Part shown: piece after piece, positions 26,401 through 38,511 of the stretch
Position numbering within the stretch: position 1 is the first letter of the stretch
Layout of the letters: each line of letters begins with the position of its first letter
From: Eledone cirrhosa
Lineage: Eukaryota
Direction: 5' to 3'
Assembly: GCA_964016885.1 (NCBI GenBank)
Contig: OZ024744.1
Coordinates: forward strand, 29,884,001-29,948,000
DNA: 64,000 nt
Notes under the pieces: generated by a model
Told to the model about the DNA's origin: nothing
The model's input: only the letters and a program-made list of their open reading frames with translations
Databases searched by the model: none
Position numbers and translations under genes: made by a program

Positions 26401-27067
26401 TTCCTTACTATCTTTCCTTCCTTCCTTACTATCTTTCCTTCCTTCCTTACTATCTTCCCTCCTTCCTTACTATCTTTCCTTCCTTCCTTACTATCTATCC
26501 TCCCTTCCTTACTATCTTTCCCTCCTTCCTTACTATATTTCCTTCCTTACTATTTTTTCTTCCTTCCTTACTATATTTCCTTCCTTCCTTACTAAATTTC
26601 CTACCTTCCTTACTATATTTCCTTCCTTCCTTACTATCTTTCCCTCCTTCCTTACTATATTTCCTTCCTTACTATCTTTCCTTTCTTCCTTACTATCCTT
26701 CCTTCCTTGTTTCCTTTTTATCGTTCCTTCCTTCCTTACTATCTTTCCTTCCCTCCTTACTATATTTCATTCCATCCTTACTATCTTTCCTTCCTTCCTT
26801 ACTATCTTTCCATCCTTCCTTACTATCTTTCCTTCCTTACTATCTTTCCTTCCTTCCCTACTATCTTTGCTTCCTTACTATCTTACCTTCCTTCCTCACT
26901 AGTCTTCCTTCCTTCCTTACTATCTTTCCGTCATTCGTTACTATATTTCCTTCCTTACTATATTTCCTTCCTTACTATATTTCCTTCCCTCCTTACTATC
27001 TTTCCTTCCCTCCTTTATCTCTTTCCTCCCTTCCTTACTATCTTTCCTTCCTTCCTTACTATCTTTC
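23423..27067 (+). repeat. 21/17-bp satellite, block 2
   Basis: Same unit and orientation as block 1. Confidence 0.97.
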
Positions 27068-30000
27068 TTTAAGGGGAAGATAAGCTTACATCTTCCCCTG
27101 CCACTGTCACAGTAGCAGAGGTCAAAGACAAAGGTCAGCCAGAGGAAGGATTTTCTCCAACTGCTGACCAACAACTTGATGTTGCCATGGCAACAAACCA
27201 AAGAACCAGCGGCACCAGCAACCACAACAACAACAAAAATGCTACGGACGAAAACAACACCAATAACAATAACAACAACAACAAGACCAATAACTGTGAT
27301 AACAACAACAATGATAACAACAGCAACACCAACTACAACAGCAACACAAACAAGGAAAAGGTCTCCTTCGCCGAGACGGCAAGGAAAACCCTCGACTATC
27401 TGCCAGTAGATATAACCAAAGCGCAGGAGCTACTGGCAGATGCCTAAAAATACATAGTGTACGGGGAAAATGGTGCATGTTCGATCCCACCCCCCCCCCC
27501 CGGAACTAAAAAGCCAGAGATTCCTAAACACTGTCATGTTTAGGACAATCTCAAATAAAAGCAAAAAACCAGCTCAACCATCACAGAGTGAGATAGAGCT
27601 GGTTTTAAAAGACGTCGTGAAGGACATCACCTTCATTCAGAAGGATAGACTCTACGGGAGTCTATCCATTCTCATGAAGGACAGAGACACAGCAGTGAAA
27701 CTGTCCATCAAACCAATTACATCCACCGCATACACCTTCTACCCTACGTACATGGGTAGAAGGACACACAAAATAAAAATCCACACCATCCTGCCGATTA
27801 TGGACATATGGTGGGTTTTGACAGGTTTCCTGAACCTGGATGATGACACGCTGGTGTCCATGGGAAAGGCATCGGGTGATGCGTTCAGTGGAACGAGCCT
27901 CGAACTTGTAGTTCAAATGAGGCCCGAAAGGATCGCCCAGATCCCTGAACGCCTCATACTGGATGATCAAACTTTCATCAACATTACCGTTGAGGGTAGG
28001 CGGCTCTCGTGTTACCTTTGTGGAACCAGAGGTCACCTGAGGGCTGTCTGTCCCCAACTTAATAAGAAAACCCCAATCCTGCCTACACCACCAACAACTG
28101 CACAACCAACACAACCACCACAACCACCACAACCACCACTATAAAAACAACAACCACAGCTCAAACCAAACAAAACAATGTCCAACCCCCCCCCCCTAAA
28201 AAAACAATTCCCAAAACACCCGCACCGCACACACAACCCGAAAAAAATATACCCCACCCCTCCAACGCGGAAGATGACCCTCGTTCGTCGTCAGACGAGG
28301 AGGAGCACTTCCACACAATCAAAAGAAAAAAAGAAAACACACCTCAGACACACAAATGAAAACATAACACTGACACCAACACACAAGAGCACACAACAAC
28401 AGCAAACAAATAACACCACACAAAAACGAAAACATGCATACACATACATAAACACAAGAAACAAAAAACTGTTAAACATTGTGTACGACAACAATTTAAT
28501 AAAAACCCAAGGGCCTAACTTCACCCAGGCAGGGGATTTCCCCCACCTCAAAATGATTAAGGCCCCAAAGGACACTTATAAAACTCTAAAAGACAACTTT
28601 AAAGAGGACGTGTCCCCCCCCCTCCCCTGCGTCGGGCCCATTAACCGCGTCCTCCTAAAAAACTACCCCACCCTCTCCCCAAACACCCACACAACTCCAA
28701 ACACCCCAACCACACAACACACTGATGCCCCTACACTTCCACAAACCACCACCCCACCCAACAACCCATCTCCCACCCTCATGGAAATTGTGCAGCCCGA
28801 TAACCAGGACGCAGAGAGGTAAGTGCCTTTTCTCTTCACCACTAACATGGCTATGCTAAGAGTAGGCTGTTTAAATGCGCGTGGCCTGGGCTCAACTTGG
28901 AAGCAAGCAATGCTTCTAAATGACCTCAGGTCATAACGTATAGATGTGATGGTTATTTGCGAGGCCCGGATCAGCAACGTGCGACAGCTGGCCCCCACCT
29001 TTGATGACTTTGAGATGCACGCCTCTCTCTGTCAGCCGGAGATGGGGGTCGGGTTGTCGTTCTGCTGCAAAAACACCTGGGTCTCGCAACACAGACGGTA
29101 CATCTGGACCTTGGCAGTGGTGATGGCGGAGCGTTTAGGTTGGGAGCCGTCTACGGCCCTTTCGGGTCAATGCGGCCGGACTTCTTCCATCGTCTGGAGA
29201 CTTTTCTAGGTCCCCCACTAATAGCAAGGAGCTATTAGTGGGGGACCTAGAAAAGTCTCCAGACGATGGAAGAAGTCCGGCCGCATTGACCCGAAAGGGC
29301 CGTAGACAGCTACCAACCTAAACGCTCCGCCATCACCAGCTCCTTGCTATTAGTGGGGGACTGGAATGGTATCCTAGAAACACGCTGGGACTACGTAGGG
29401 GCCTGTCCCGATAGAGAGGGGTGTAATAGCCTCAAAGGGTTAATCGGTCGATTTGACCTGGCCGATAGATATCGACTAGATTTTCCGACTGCGCCAACCT
29501 GGACTTGGACAAATCGTAGCGGAACATCTAGGTCGTACCTAGATAGGTTCTTAGTTAGAATTAAGGATAAGGACTTTTTAAGTTGTCCAAAAATGAGCAT
29601 GGTTGGCTATTCAGACCACAAATCAGTGAGCTGCATGGTCAACCTTGACAGAACGCATAGACAGGGACCCGGTTACTGGAAGCTCAACTTGTCCTTACCG
29701 GCAAGTAAGGCTTACAGTAACCGGATTAGCACTTTAGTTAAGGAGCGGTTGACGGACACCATCGTCAACAGCAGGTGGTGGGGATCTCTCAAAAGAGAGA
29801 TTAGAGTAGTCTCTATAGAATTTAGTAAGGAGTTAGCCTCAAATAGAAATAGGAAGGAAAGGGAGCTGGTAGATAGTGTAGAAGAGGCAATTAGAAGCGG
29901 CGACGTGGCCAGAGTGCTAGCGTCGAGAACGGCCCTGGGCCAGTTCTTCGACGCGAAACACGAAGGCTGCATCGTCCGAAGCAAAATACGTGCTCTGGGA

Positions 30001-32438
30001 AACGAGGGGACCAAAGCTGTTAGCTGGGCCCGCGTGACAGAAGCCAAAAGAGGGAGCAGATCCACTATCCGGTCTTTGCGAGACCAGGATGGACGGGTGC
30101 TCCTTGAACCTAAGCAGATGTGCGAGGCTTTTCAAAAGCACTTTGCCGGATTGTTCGGTCCATACCTCGACGGCCTGCCGCGTCTCTCGGACAGGGAGGC
30201 GAAGTCCTGCGAGGAGCCGATTTCAGCCGCTGAGATAGAGGACGTGCTAAGCCAATGCGGCAAACGCAAATCCCCGGGTCTCGATGGTCTTCCATACGAA
30301 CTGTATCTAGCTATGTCGGACTTGTTCCCCGATCTCCTCGAGGCGGTCTACTGCAACTGGCAACAGAACGGGAGAATTCCCTGTGCTGTGACCAAGGGCG
30401 TAGTCACGCTAGTGAGGAAGGACGAGAACAAGGAAGACGATATAAATAATTTCAGGCCCATAACTCTGCTAAATACAGAGTTACAGATTTTGGCCAAGGT
30501 GCTAGCAAAGAGGTTGGCGCTTGTCGTGGGAAACCTGGTGGGAGATGCGCAGACATGTGCTATCCCGTCCAGGTCCATCCACGACACCTTCACCTCATGC
30601 GATACATCATAGAGAGGGTTGGGAACGAACCCGGCTTTGGTGGGGCTCTGATCAACTTGGATCAATCTAAGGCGTTCGATTGGATCGACCATGGTTACCT
30701 GGATGCGGTGCTAGCGGTGGCAGTCTTCGGACCCGTTTACAGGGGCTGGATCAATGCCATGCACAGCAGCCGCATCTGCTCTAGGGTCAAGGTGAACGGC
30801 TACCTCTTGGAGCCGTTCGAAATCGCGCGGTCCATCCGACAAAGGTGCCCTCTCTCCTCCCTTCTGTATGTAATGACTCTAGAGCCACTGCTGCGGAAGT
30901 TGGAGTTGTTGCAGGGCATCCCTTTGGAACCGGGATTGCGGAAAGCGGTGTCGGCCTACGCCGACGACGTAACAGTAATGGTGTCGACGGCCTCGGAAAT
31001 CGGGGCGATCGGCACCTTACTGGAGGAGTACGGAAGGTGTACAGGGGCTAAGCTGAACCGGGACAAGTCGATCGGTTTGCAACTCGGCACGTGGAGGGGC
31101 AGATCGATGCCCTCCGATGGCGTCGTCGGGCGCTGGACGGAGGGCCCGGTGAAGTTGCTCGGGGTCTGGTTCGGACCAGACCTCCAGGTGGAAAAGAACT
31201 GGGGTGAGGTAACGAACAGGGTGTTTGCACTGACCCAGAAGTGGGCCGAGTGCAAACTGTCCCTAAAAGGTCGGGCGGAGGTGGTGAACACTTATATAGC
31301 GTCCGTCATCTACTACCGCCTGACCGTCGTGCCTTGCCCTAGGGAAACGCCCGCCAAAATGGAACGCGCACTCTTCCAATTCCTCTGGAAGAAGCGGGCT
31401 CCTATGGTGAGGAGATCCATCTGCTGTCAACACCCTTCGAAAGGAGGGCTGGGGATGCCGTGGCTAATGATGCGTAAACACGCATTAAGGCTACGGCACC
31501 TCCAGGTATTCCTCACCGGTCAACCGGTGTGGGCCCCGTTTGTGAGGCGAGCCTTTCCCAGACTCGTCTCACTCACCGAGCTGCAATCCTGGGTCAAGCA
31601 AAGACCGAGAAAGCTGGGCGCCTGGCACACCGAGTGTGCCCAGGCGCTCACGGCTCTCTGGCAGGCGGACCCGGCTGTCAATGCTACCGAGGGGCTCTTC
31701 CCGTTCGAGAAAGGCTCTACAGCCACGGGCGCCCGGTTAGGGACCCCGCCAAAAAGATCTGTCCCAGATGCGTGTGCGACGAGGAAACCGTTGCACACGC
31801 ATTGGTACACTGCTCGGGCATTGCCAATCTGTCGAACAACTGCTGTCAAGGGTGGGACCGATCCGGTTGACCACCGAGTCTATTGTAACGATCAAGCCAC
31901 CTCCCCTCTTCAAAAACGAAGGAGATGCGGTGTTTCTGTGCGTAATAGGTATGGCGAAAGAAGTTGTATGGTGGACGCGTCTGAAAGGACTGAGGTCAGA
32001 CACCTTTCTCTCTGGCCAACAACTGGTCCGTTTCTTCCGATATCATTTCGGAAAAAGTATCAGGATGGAGAGAGAGGTGCTGCACCCCAGTCGTTTTTAT
32101 GAAAGGTGGGTGAAAGTGGTGAGAATGGCCCGTGTGAATGGGCCTTCACTCTACATCAGACTATAGGTGAGGAAGATTAAAGACCAAGGGAGCACCCTCT
32201 CTCTGTGCTCCTGAGGAGAAGGGTTGCACACTTTGTTTGGGGGGTGTGTGCAACCCCCCAAGGCGCCTCCTCCCTATTGAGGATATTGTTATAAAATTTA
32301 TTTTGTTATATTTTATTTTATTTTTATACATTTATATCTTGTTATTGCCTCATCCATATTGAGGACGCCTTTGCATGTAAACTCCCCCCATTGTACTTGT
32401 CCCTCTTTTGATACCCTGGTGGCAAATAAAACGAAAGT
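27068..32438 (+). mobile_element. Tx1-like element subfamily B, copy 2, near full length, decayed
   Basis: ORF1 pieces span about 27073-28822 with CYLCGTRGHLRAVC. ORF2 from the ATG at 28847 has stops, frameshifts, deletions and an inverted duplication, and ends at 32166. 3'UTR AATAAA is at 32425. A possible TSD TATCTTTC lies at 27060-27067 and 32439-32446, but is ambiguous inside the satellite. Confidence 0.92.
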
Positions 32439-33810
32439 TATCTTTCCCTCCATCCTTACTATCTATCCTCCCTTCCTTACTATCTTTCACTCCTTACTAT
32501 CTATCCTCCCTTCCTTACTATCTTTCCTTCCCCCTTAATATATTTTCTTCCCTCCTTACTATCCTTCCTTCCTTCCTTCCTTCCTTCCTCCCTTCCTTCC
32601 TTCCTTCCTTCCTTCCTATCTTTCCCTCCTTCCTTACTATCTTTCCTTCCTTCCTTACTATCTTTCCTTCCCTCCTTACTATATTTCCTTCCCTCCTTAC
32701 TATATTTCCTTCCTTACTATCTTTCCTTCCTTCCTTACTATATTTCCTTCCCTCCTTACTATATTTCCTTCCCCCTTACTATCTTTCCTTTCTTCCTTAC
32801 TATCTTTCCTTCCTTCCTTACTATATTTCCTTCCTTACTATATTTCCTTCCTTCCTTACTATCTTTCCTTCCTTCCTTACTATCTTTCCTTCCCTCCTTA
32901 CTATCTTTCCTTCCCTCCTTACTATATTTCCTTCCTTCCTTACTATATTTCCTTCCTTCCTTACTATCTTTCCTTCCCTCCTTACTATCTTTCCTTCCTT
33001 TCTTACTATATTTCCTTCCTTTCTTACTATATTTCCTTCCTTCCTTACTATATTTCCTTCCTTCCTTACTATCTTTCCTTCCTTCCTTACTATCTTTCCT
33101 TCCCTCCTTACTATCTTTCCTTCCTTCCTTACTATCTTTCCTTCCTTACTATCTTTCCTTCCTTCCTTACTATCTTTCCTTCCTTCCTTACTATATTTCC
33201 TTCCTTCCTTACTATCTTTCCTTCCTTCCTTACTATATTTCCTTCCTTACTATCTTTCCTTCCTTCCTTACTATCTTTCCTTCCTTCCTTACTATCTTTC
33301 CTTCCTTCCTTACTATATTTCCTTCCTTACTATATTTCCTTCCTTCCTTACTATATTTCCTTTCCCCTTACTATCTTTCCTTTCTTCCTTACTATCTTTT
33401 CTTCCTTCCTTACTATATTTTCTTCCTTACTATATTTCCTTCCTTCCTTACTATCTTTCCTTCCTTCCTTACTATATTTCCTTCCTTCCTTACTATCTTT
33501 CCTTCCTTCCTTACTATATTTCCTTCCTTACTATCTTTCCTTCCTTACTATCTTTCCTTCCTTCCTTACTATCTTTCCTTCCTTACTATCTTTCCTTCCT
33601 TCTTTACTATATTTCCTTCCTTCCTTCCTTACTAAATTTCCTTCCTTTCTTACTATATTTCCTTCCTTCCTTACTATCTTTCCTTCCTTACTATATTTCC
33701 TTCCTTCCTTACTATATTTCCCTCCTTCCTTACTATATTTCCTTCCTTGCTATCTTTCCTTCCTTCCTTACTATATTTCCTTCCTTCCTTGCTATCTTTC
33801 CTTCCTTCTA
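32439..33810 (+). repeat. 21/17-bp satellite, block 3
   Basis: Same unit and orientation; visibly more homogeneous than blocks 1-2. Confidence 0.97.
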
Positions 33811-34112
33811 TCTCGCACTCACACAGCTAAATATCTTTCCAATCTATTCACTATATATTACAAAACTCATACAATGTTTCTCAAGTGGTGCTTAGCTAGC
33901 GTTTAAGTAGTTACTTAAGAAAGGAGGAGGAGGAGGAGGAAGAAAAGATGAAAATTATTCAATGAAAAAGATAAGATGAAATAAAAAAAAAAGGTAATAA
34001 ACGCCGACTAATTTAAGTGAAGAGTTTTCCCACATTGGCAACATGGCCCCAACAAATATATGTGTGGGAGGAGTATTGTGGATCGAGTGGGCTTCACTTT
34101 CTAACTAAACAT

Positions 34113-34283
34113 GGAGGAGCATTGGCGGTGTCGTTAGAACGTTCGATAAAAATTCTTTGCAGTGTTCGTTCCGGTTCTCTGCTCCCGGAGTTCAAATCCT
34201 GGCGAGGTCAACTTTGCCTTTTATTCCTTTGATATCGATGATAAAAAAAAAGTTCCTGTGCCAATCCAGAACAGGGGTCGATT
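34113..34283 (+). mobile_element. tRNA-derived SINE (same family as 10650-10832)
   Basis: A-box-like TGGCGGTGTCGTTAG and B-box GAGTTCAAATCC, followed by GAGGTCAACTTTGCCTTTTATTCCTTT. Confidence 0.7.
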
Positions 34284-34559
34284 CTTCATCTGCGCATATT
34301 ACTTTCTTACCTCATCGCTAAAACTTTCTTCTTTCACTGGAAAAAATCGGCTCCGTTCAGACCTGGAGAGGCGATAGTCTGTGTAGGTTTAGATTGCCTA
34401 AGATACGTCCCTAAGACTCAATCAGAATGTACGGGTCCTTATATACGCTTACACGGGGTCTTTATTGTACCATAGTAAGACATTTATAAACCAAAGGCAT
34501 ATCTCATCACTGATTCATTTTGTCTTTATATTTCTCCACTGAATATATATATCCTGATA

Positions 34560-34700
34560 TATCCTGATGATTTCTCCCGAATGAAACAGTTCTAGTCCTG
34601 TAGAAGCCTTTTCTATATTAAATATCTATACTCTGCTTTGTATTAAGTATCTTACTTACCGTGGTTACTCCCGCTTGAACCCGGGATAAACTTATATATA
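34560..34700 (+). repeat. Short dispersed pLTR-like repeat ending in (TA)n
   Basis: Homologous to 7243-7370 (+), 60328-60470 (-) and 60475-60520 (+). It begins CTGATGA...GAAA, but I could not close a convincing hammerhead. Confidence 0.6.
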
Positions 34701-34803
34701 TATTTATATATGAGGCTTGTTTGCATAATTGCAAACGAATCGAATATTGTTATTAATATTCGAAAAGTTCAGATTACATTTATTGTAGTCAGCCAAGTAG
34801 AGC

Positions 34804-34834
<31 letters not shown>

Positions 34835-34844
34835 TATATATATA

Positions 34845-34891
<47 letters not shown>

Positions 34892-34984
34892 TCGAGCTAG
34901 ATCGATACAGATCGAACCTTCAGCATCACCACTCAATATATGCAATGAAGACATAACAAATCATCCTTTATATATATATATATA

Positions 34985-35858
34985 TACGGAAAAAATGAAA
35001 CGAAATTTCATTTCTCACTCTTAGAACGGCTGTTACTTAAATATAAGTATGTATACGTACATACATATATGTATACAGACGTACAGTAGTACGTATATAT
35101 ATATACATACATGCACACATATATATATGTATGTATGGATTCACCGAACATTTATTATAATGCTCGGTGTGTTTGTAAACAAACATCCCGTATTGAGCCG
35201 TAGTGTCTAGCAACCATCGTTGCTCGTTTGTTCAACACTGACAAAGGAACGCTGTACTAGTTTCAAGCTTATTAGCCATCGTCAGCAACGTATACCTTCC
35301 TGCCAGATGATACCTTCCTGCCATTATAATAAATGTTCGGTAAATCCATACGTACATATATATATATGTGTGCATGTATGTATATATATACGTACTACTG
35401 TACGTCTGTATACATATATGTATGTACGTATACATACTTATATTTAAGTAACAGCCGTACTAAAAGTGAGAAATTAAATTTCGTTTCATATTTTCCGTGT
35501 TTATCGTTTTCTGTGCACCCGGCCGATTAACTCACTCGATATGCAAATTAGGCTACTCAGCCGTTAATATGCATAAGGAAAGTATATACTTTCAGACGTT
35601 CAATCAAGTAATACGTTGCTGACGATAGCTAATAAGCTTGAAACTAGTACAGCGTTCCTTTGTCAGTGTTGAACAAATGAGCAATGATAGTTGCTAGACA
35701 CTGTACGGCTTAATACGGGATATTTGTTTACAAACACACCGAGCATTATAATAAATGTTCTGTGAATCCATACGTACATATATATATGTGTGCATGTATG
35801 TATATATATATACATACTACTGTACGTCTGTATACATATATGTATGTACGTATACATA

Positions 35859-35862
<4 letters not shown>
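34985..35862. repeat. Cluster of three partial copies of one pLTR-like repeat in inverted arrangement
   Basis: 34985-35292 (minus sense) pairs with both 35323-35500 and 35612-35862 (plus sense). A short duplicated filler ATACCTTCCTGCCA sits at the first junction. Confidence 0.8.
35614..35654 (+). ncRNA. Minimal type I hammerhead ribozyme
   Basis: CGTTG-CTGACGA-TAGCT AATA AGCTT-GAAA-CTAG-TA-CAGCG, with palindromic stem III ACTAGT. Second copy on minus at 35250-35290. Confidence 0.85.
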
Positions 35863-35921
<59 letters not shown>

Positions 35922-36053
35922 AAGTGAGTTTTTTTTTACAAATTGAAAAATAACCGAGGTGTCCTACACGAGTGAAAGTATAAAGAAAAAGAGATGAAAT
36001 CGAAAATTTAACTGGAGTGTTATTTAAAAAAAAATATATATATTTATTTGGTT

Positions 36054-36091
36054 CCTTTACCGGTTTCGCGGTTCTTCTGCTTTTCAAAAGG
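36054..36091 (-). ncRNA. Minimal hammerhead, variant core UUGAAAA (U3:A8)
   Basis: Minus strand: CCTT-TTGAAAA-GCAG AAGAA CCGC-GAAA-CCGG-TA-AAGG. Confidence 0.65.
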
Positions 36092-36227
36092 TGAGTTGAG
36101 ATGGAGGGTCTGTGGTTTTTCTCACATCTGGTTGGTCTCTGAATGTTACTTGTTTTATATGGAAAAAGTGGCTCGAAATGCCAGGTTTTTCGAGAAGTAA
36201 TTTGAACAAGTATCATTCAGAGACCAA

Positions 36228-36616
36228 CATTTTGAAGACCTTGCGTAGTAGTGACTATGTCACTTACTTCTTTAAAAAAAAAACAAAGGGAGATAAGCTG
36301 ACAGATCTGTTTCACACTGTTGGTGATCATCAGTGCTTAGCACTCGCCGATGTATACATCGATATTTCAGAGCACCAATCCTAATTATCTTTTTTTGCTG
36401 GACCGGCAATTGCTCTGTATAATCAGTTCCTGATTATTACTGGAATTCTATAAGAATCCAGCATCTATAATTTTTAACAAACATCGGCGAGTGCTAAGCT
36501 CTGATGATCACCAACAGGGTGTACAGATCTGTCAGCTTATCTCGCTTTGTTTTTTGAAAAAAGAAGTAAGTGACATAGTCACTACTTTAAAATAATAGCG
36601 CAGGGTCTTCAAAATG
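36228..36616. repeat. Fold-back inverted repeat (about 125-bp arms, about 127-bp spacer) with a hammerhead in each arm
   Basis: 36228-36353 is an imperfect reverse complement of 36481-36616. Confidence 0.85.
36295..36338 (-). ncRNA. Type I hammerhead ribozyme
   Basis: Minus strand: AAGCA-CTGATGA-TCAC CAACA GTGT-GAAA-CAGATCTG-TC-AGCTT. The plus copy at 36496-36538 has lost GAAA. Confidence 0.8.
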
Positions 36617-36670
36617 TTTTTAATTAAGCATACAGTATATTGCCAAATATACTATACATATACATATTCA

Positions 36671-36725
<55 letters not shown>

Positions 36726-36869
36726 TATATATATATACACACACAGCGAAGTCAATGTACAGAATTGTTTTCATAATGCAGACAGCCAGACGTACAGACA
36801 GATATTATAAGGGCGCGACGTTATAGCTATGTATCTATCTAAAAAGACAGACTAAGAATGAGAGAGAAC

Positions 36870-37100
36870 GCTAACCGGAAGTGTTGACATTTCAAAATTT
36901 CAAAGAAGGGAATATTTAAATAAACACTAAAATATTTTTAATCGTTTAACTAAATTTCGTACACAAAAATAGCCTCACTTTCTTACTTGGAAAAAGTTAC
37001 ATCTATGGTGCAAATTTAGTGCTGTTCGGTCCAGCCGTTTGGCGAAAACGTTGTTACATACATACGGTCGTCAGCTTTATTATTATTATATATATATAAT
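36870..37100 (-). mobile_element. Possible Helitron-type non-autonomous element remnant
   Basis: AAATTT...TCGGTCCAGCCGTTT...ACATACATACG..CTTTATTATTATATATA resembles the layout at the right end of 47485-48480. No terminal hairpin-CTAG was found. Confidence 0.35.
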
Positions 37101-37186
37101 GTAGGAGGTGAGTTTTATTGTAGCACAATAAAGCAATGCAAATATCGGATAAGTAGCACTCTACAGTTGTAGGACTGGAGTATGAA

Positions 37187-37505
37187 TAATATAAGATCAA
37201 AAGATGGTTAAAAGAGTTCCAAGTATTTTATTATGCGTATTTCAAAAACAAATATCATCATGAGATGATATCTGCGTTTTCATCAGATAAAATAGGGATA
37301 CATGATATGAAGGTTAAAAAACACTTGTGAATAGTGAAATATGTTGATTTAAAACTTCACTATTCACAAGTGTTTTTTAACCTTCATATCATGTATCCCT
37401 ATTTTATCTGATGAAAACGCAGATATCTCATGATGATATTTGTTTTTGAAATGCGCATAATAAAATACTTGGAACTCTTTTAACCATCTTTTGATCTTAT
37501 ATTAT
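37187..37505. repeat. Near-perfect palindrome (about 150-bp arms) of a hammerhead-bearing repeat
   Basis: The arms are reverse-complementary around a short spacer near 37340-37355. The right end runs into a long (TA)n. Confidence 0.9.
37400..37467 (+). ncRNA. Type I hammerhead ribozyme
   Basis: TATTTTAT-CTGATGA-AAACGCAGATATC TCATGAT GATATTTGTTTTT-GAAA-TGCGCA-TA-ATAAAATA. Minus copy at 37224-37294. Confidence 0.85.
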
Positions 37506-37508
37506 ATA

Positions 37509-37596
<88 letters not shown>

Positions 37597-37600
<4 letters not shown>

Positions 37601-38023
37601 AAAGAATAGAGGTGTAACACACAAGTTATTATATATTGGTAAACGGAATAGAAAATACTGACAAATTGTTCACAGTTGAAAAATGGTTTAATTAGGAATA
37701 AAAGAGTATTAGTGATTGTATGGGTTAGTATTCAGTTGTGGTTTTAAGTTTTTAAGTTTTTACCGGTTGCGCATTTCTAAATGCTTTTCAAAAATAATTT
37801 TGAGATAGAATGTCCGTGCTGTTTGCTCTGATCTGAGCAAACAGCACGGACATTCTATCTCAAAATTATTTTTGAAAAGCATTTAGAAATGCGCAACCGG
37901 TAAAAACTTAAAAACTTAAAACCACAACTGAATACTAACCCATACAATCACTAATACTCTTTTATTCCTAATTAAACCATTTTTCAACTGTGAACAATTT
38001 GTCAGCATTTTCTATTCCGTTTA

Positions 38024-38030
<7 letters not shown>
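37597..38030. repeat. Near-perfect palindrome (about 195-bp arms) of a pLTR-like repeat between (TA)n tracts
   Basis: It turns at TGTTTGCTC-TGATCT-GAGCAAACA (about 37820-37843). Linear relatives occur at 44192-44400 and 62068-62400. Each arm has TTGAAAA-GCATT TAGA AATGC-GCAA-CCGG-TA. Confidence 0.9.
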
Positions 38031-38078
<48 letters not shown>

Positions 38079-38208
38079 TTTTGCGAAACAGTTGACCAAA
38101 GCTGTCTGGCAAACCCTATTTATAATATACAGCTCAGAAAACTCTCTTTCCTAGAGCTATTTTATTGTAAGAGACTATTTTGAGTTTCTTACTCAATATA
38201 TACCTTTG

Positions 38209-38239
<31 letters not shown>

Positions 38240-38511
38240 TGTATGTATGTATGTATGTATGTATGTATGTATGTATGTATGTATGTATGTATGTATGTAT
38301 GTATGGTGGTGTTGCTCTGCCCAAAAGATTGAATGCTGCTCGTCTTAAGGATAAAAATGTGAAGAGGACATTGGAAGAAGAGATGCAGGCTGCAGATCTT
38401 GGTGAGGATTGGCCGACCCTTAAAAAGTCGGTTTATGATGTAGGCAGGCGTGTTCTGGGATTGGCGCAGAGAAAACATCAAGACTGGTTTAATGAGAATG
38501 ATGTACATATA

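Noticed and set aside
11535-33810. CRISPR-like or telomeric array next to reverse transcriptases
   Set aside because: Units are contiguous with no unique spacers, there are no cas genes, and the unit is not TTAGGG/TTAGG. The RTs are ordinary L1-clade ORF2s.
11339-33895. Long ORFs (up to 627 aa) of PYYLSFL/LTIFPSF/LLSFLPS or KEGKIVR repeats
   Set aside because: These are translations of the 21-bp satellite. The + strand unit has no stop codon in any frame and frames switch at every 17-bp unit, so there is no evidence of coding.
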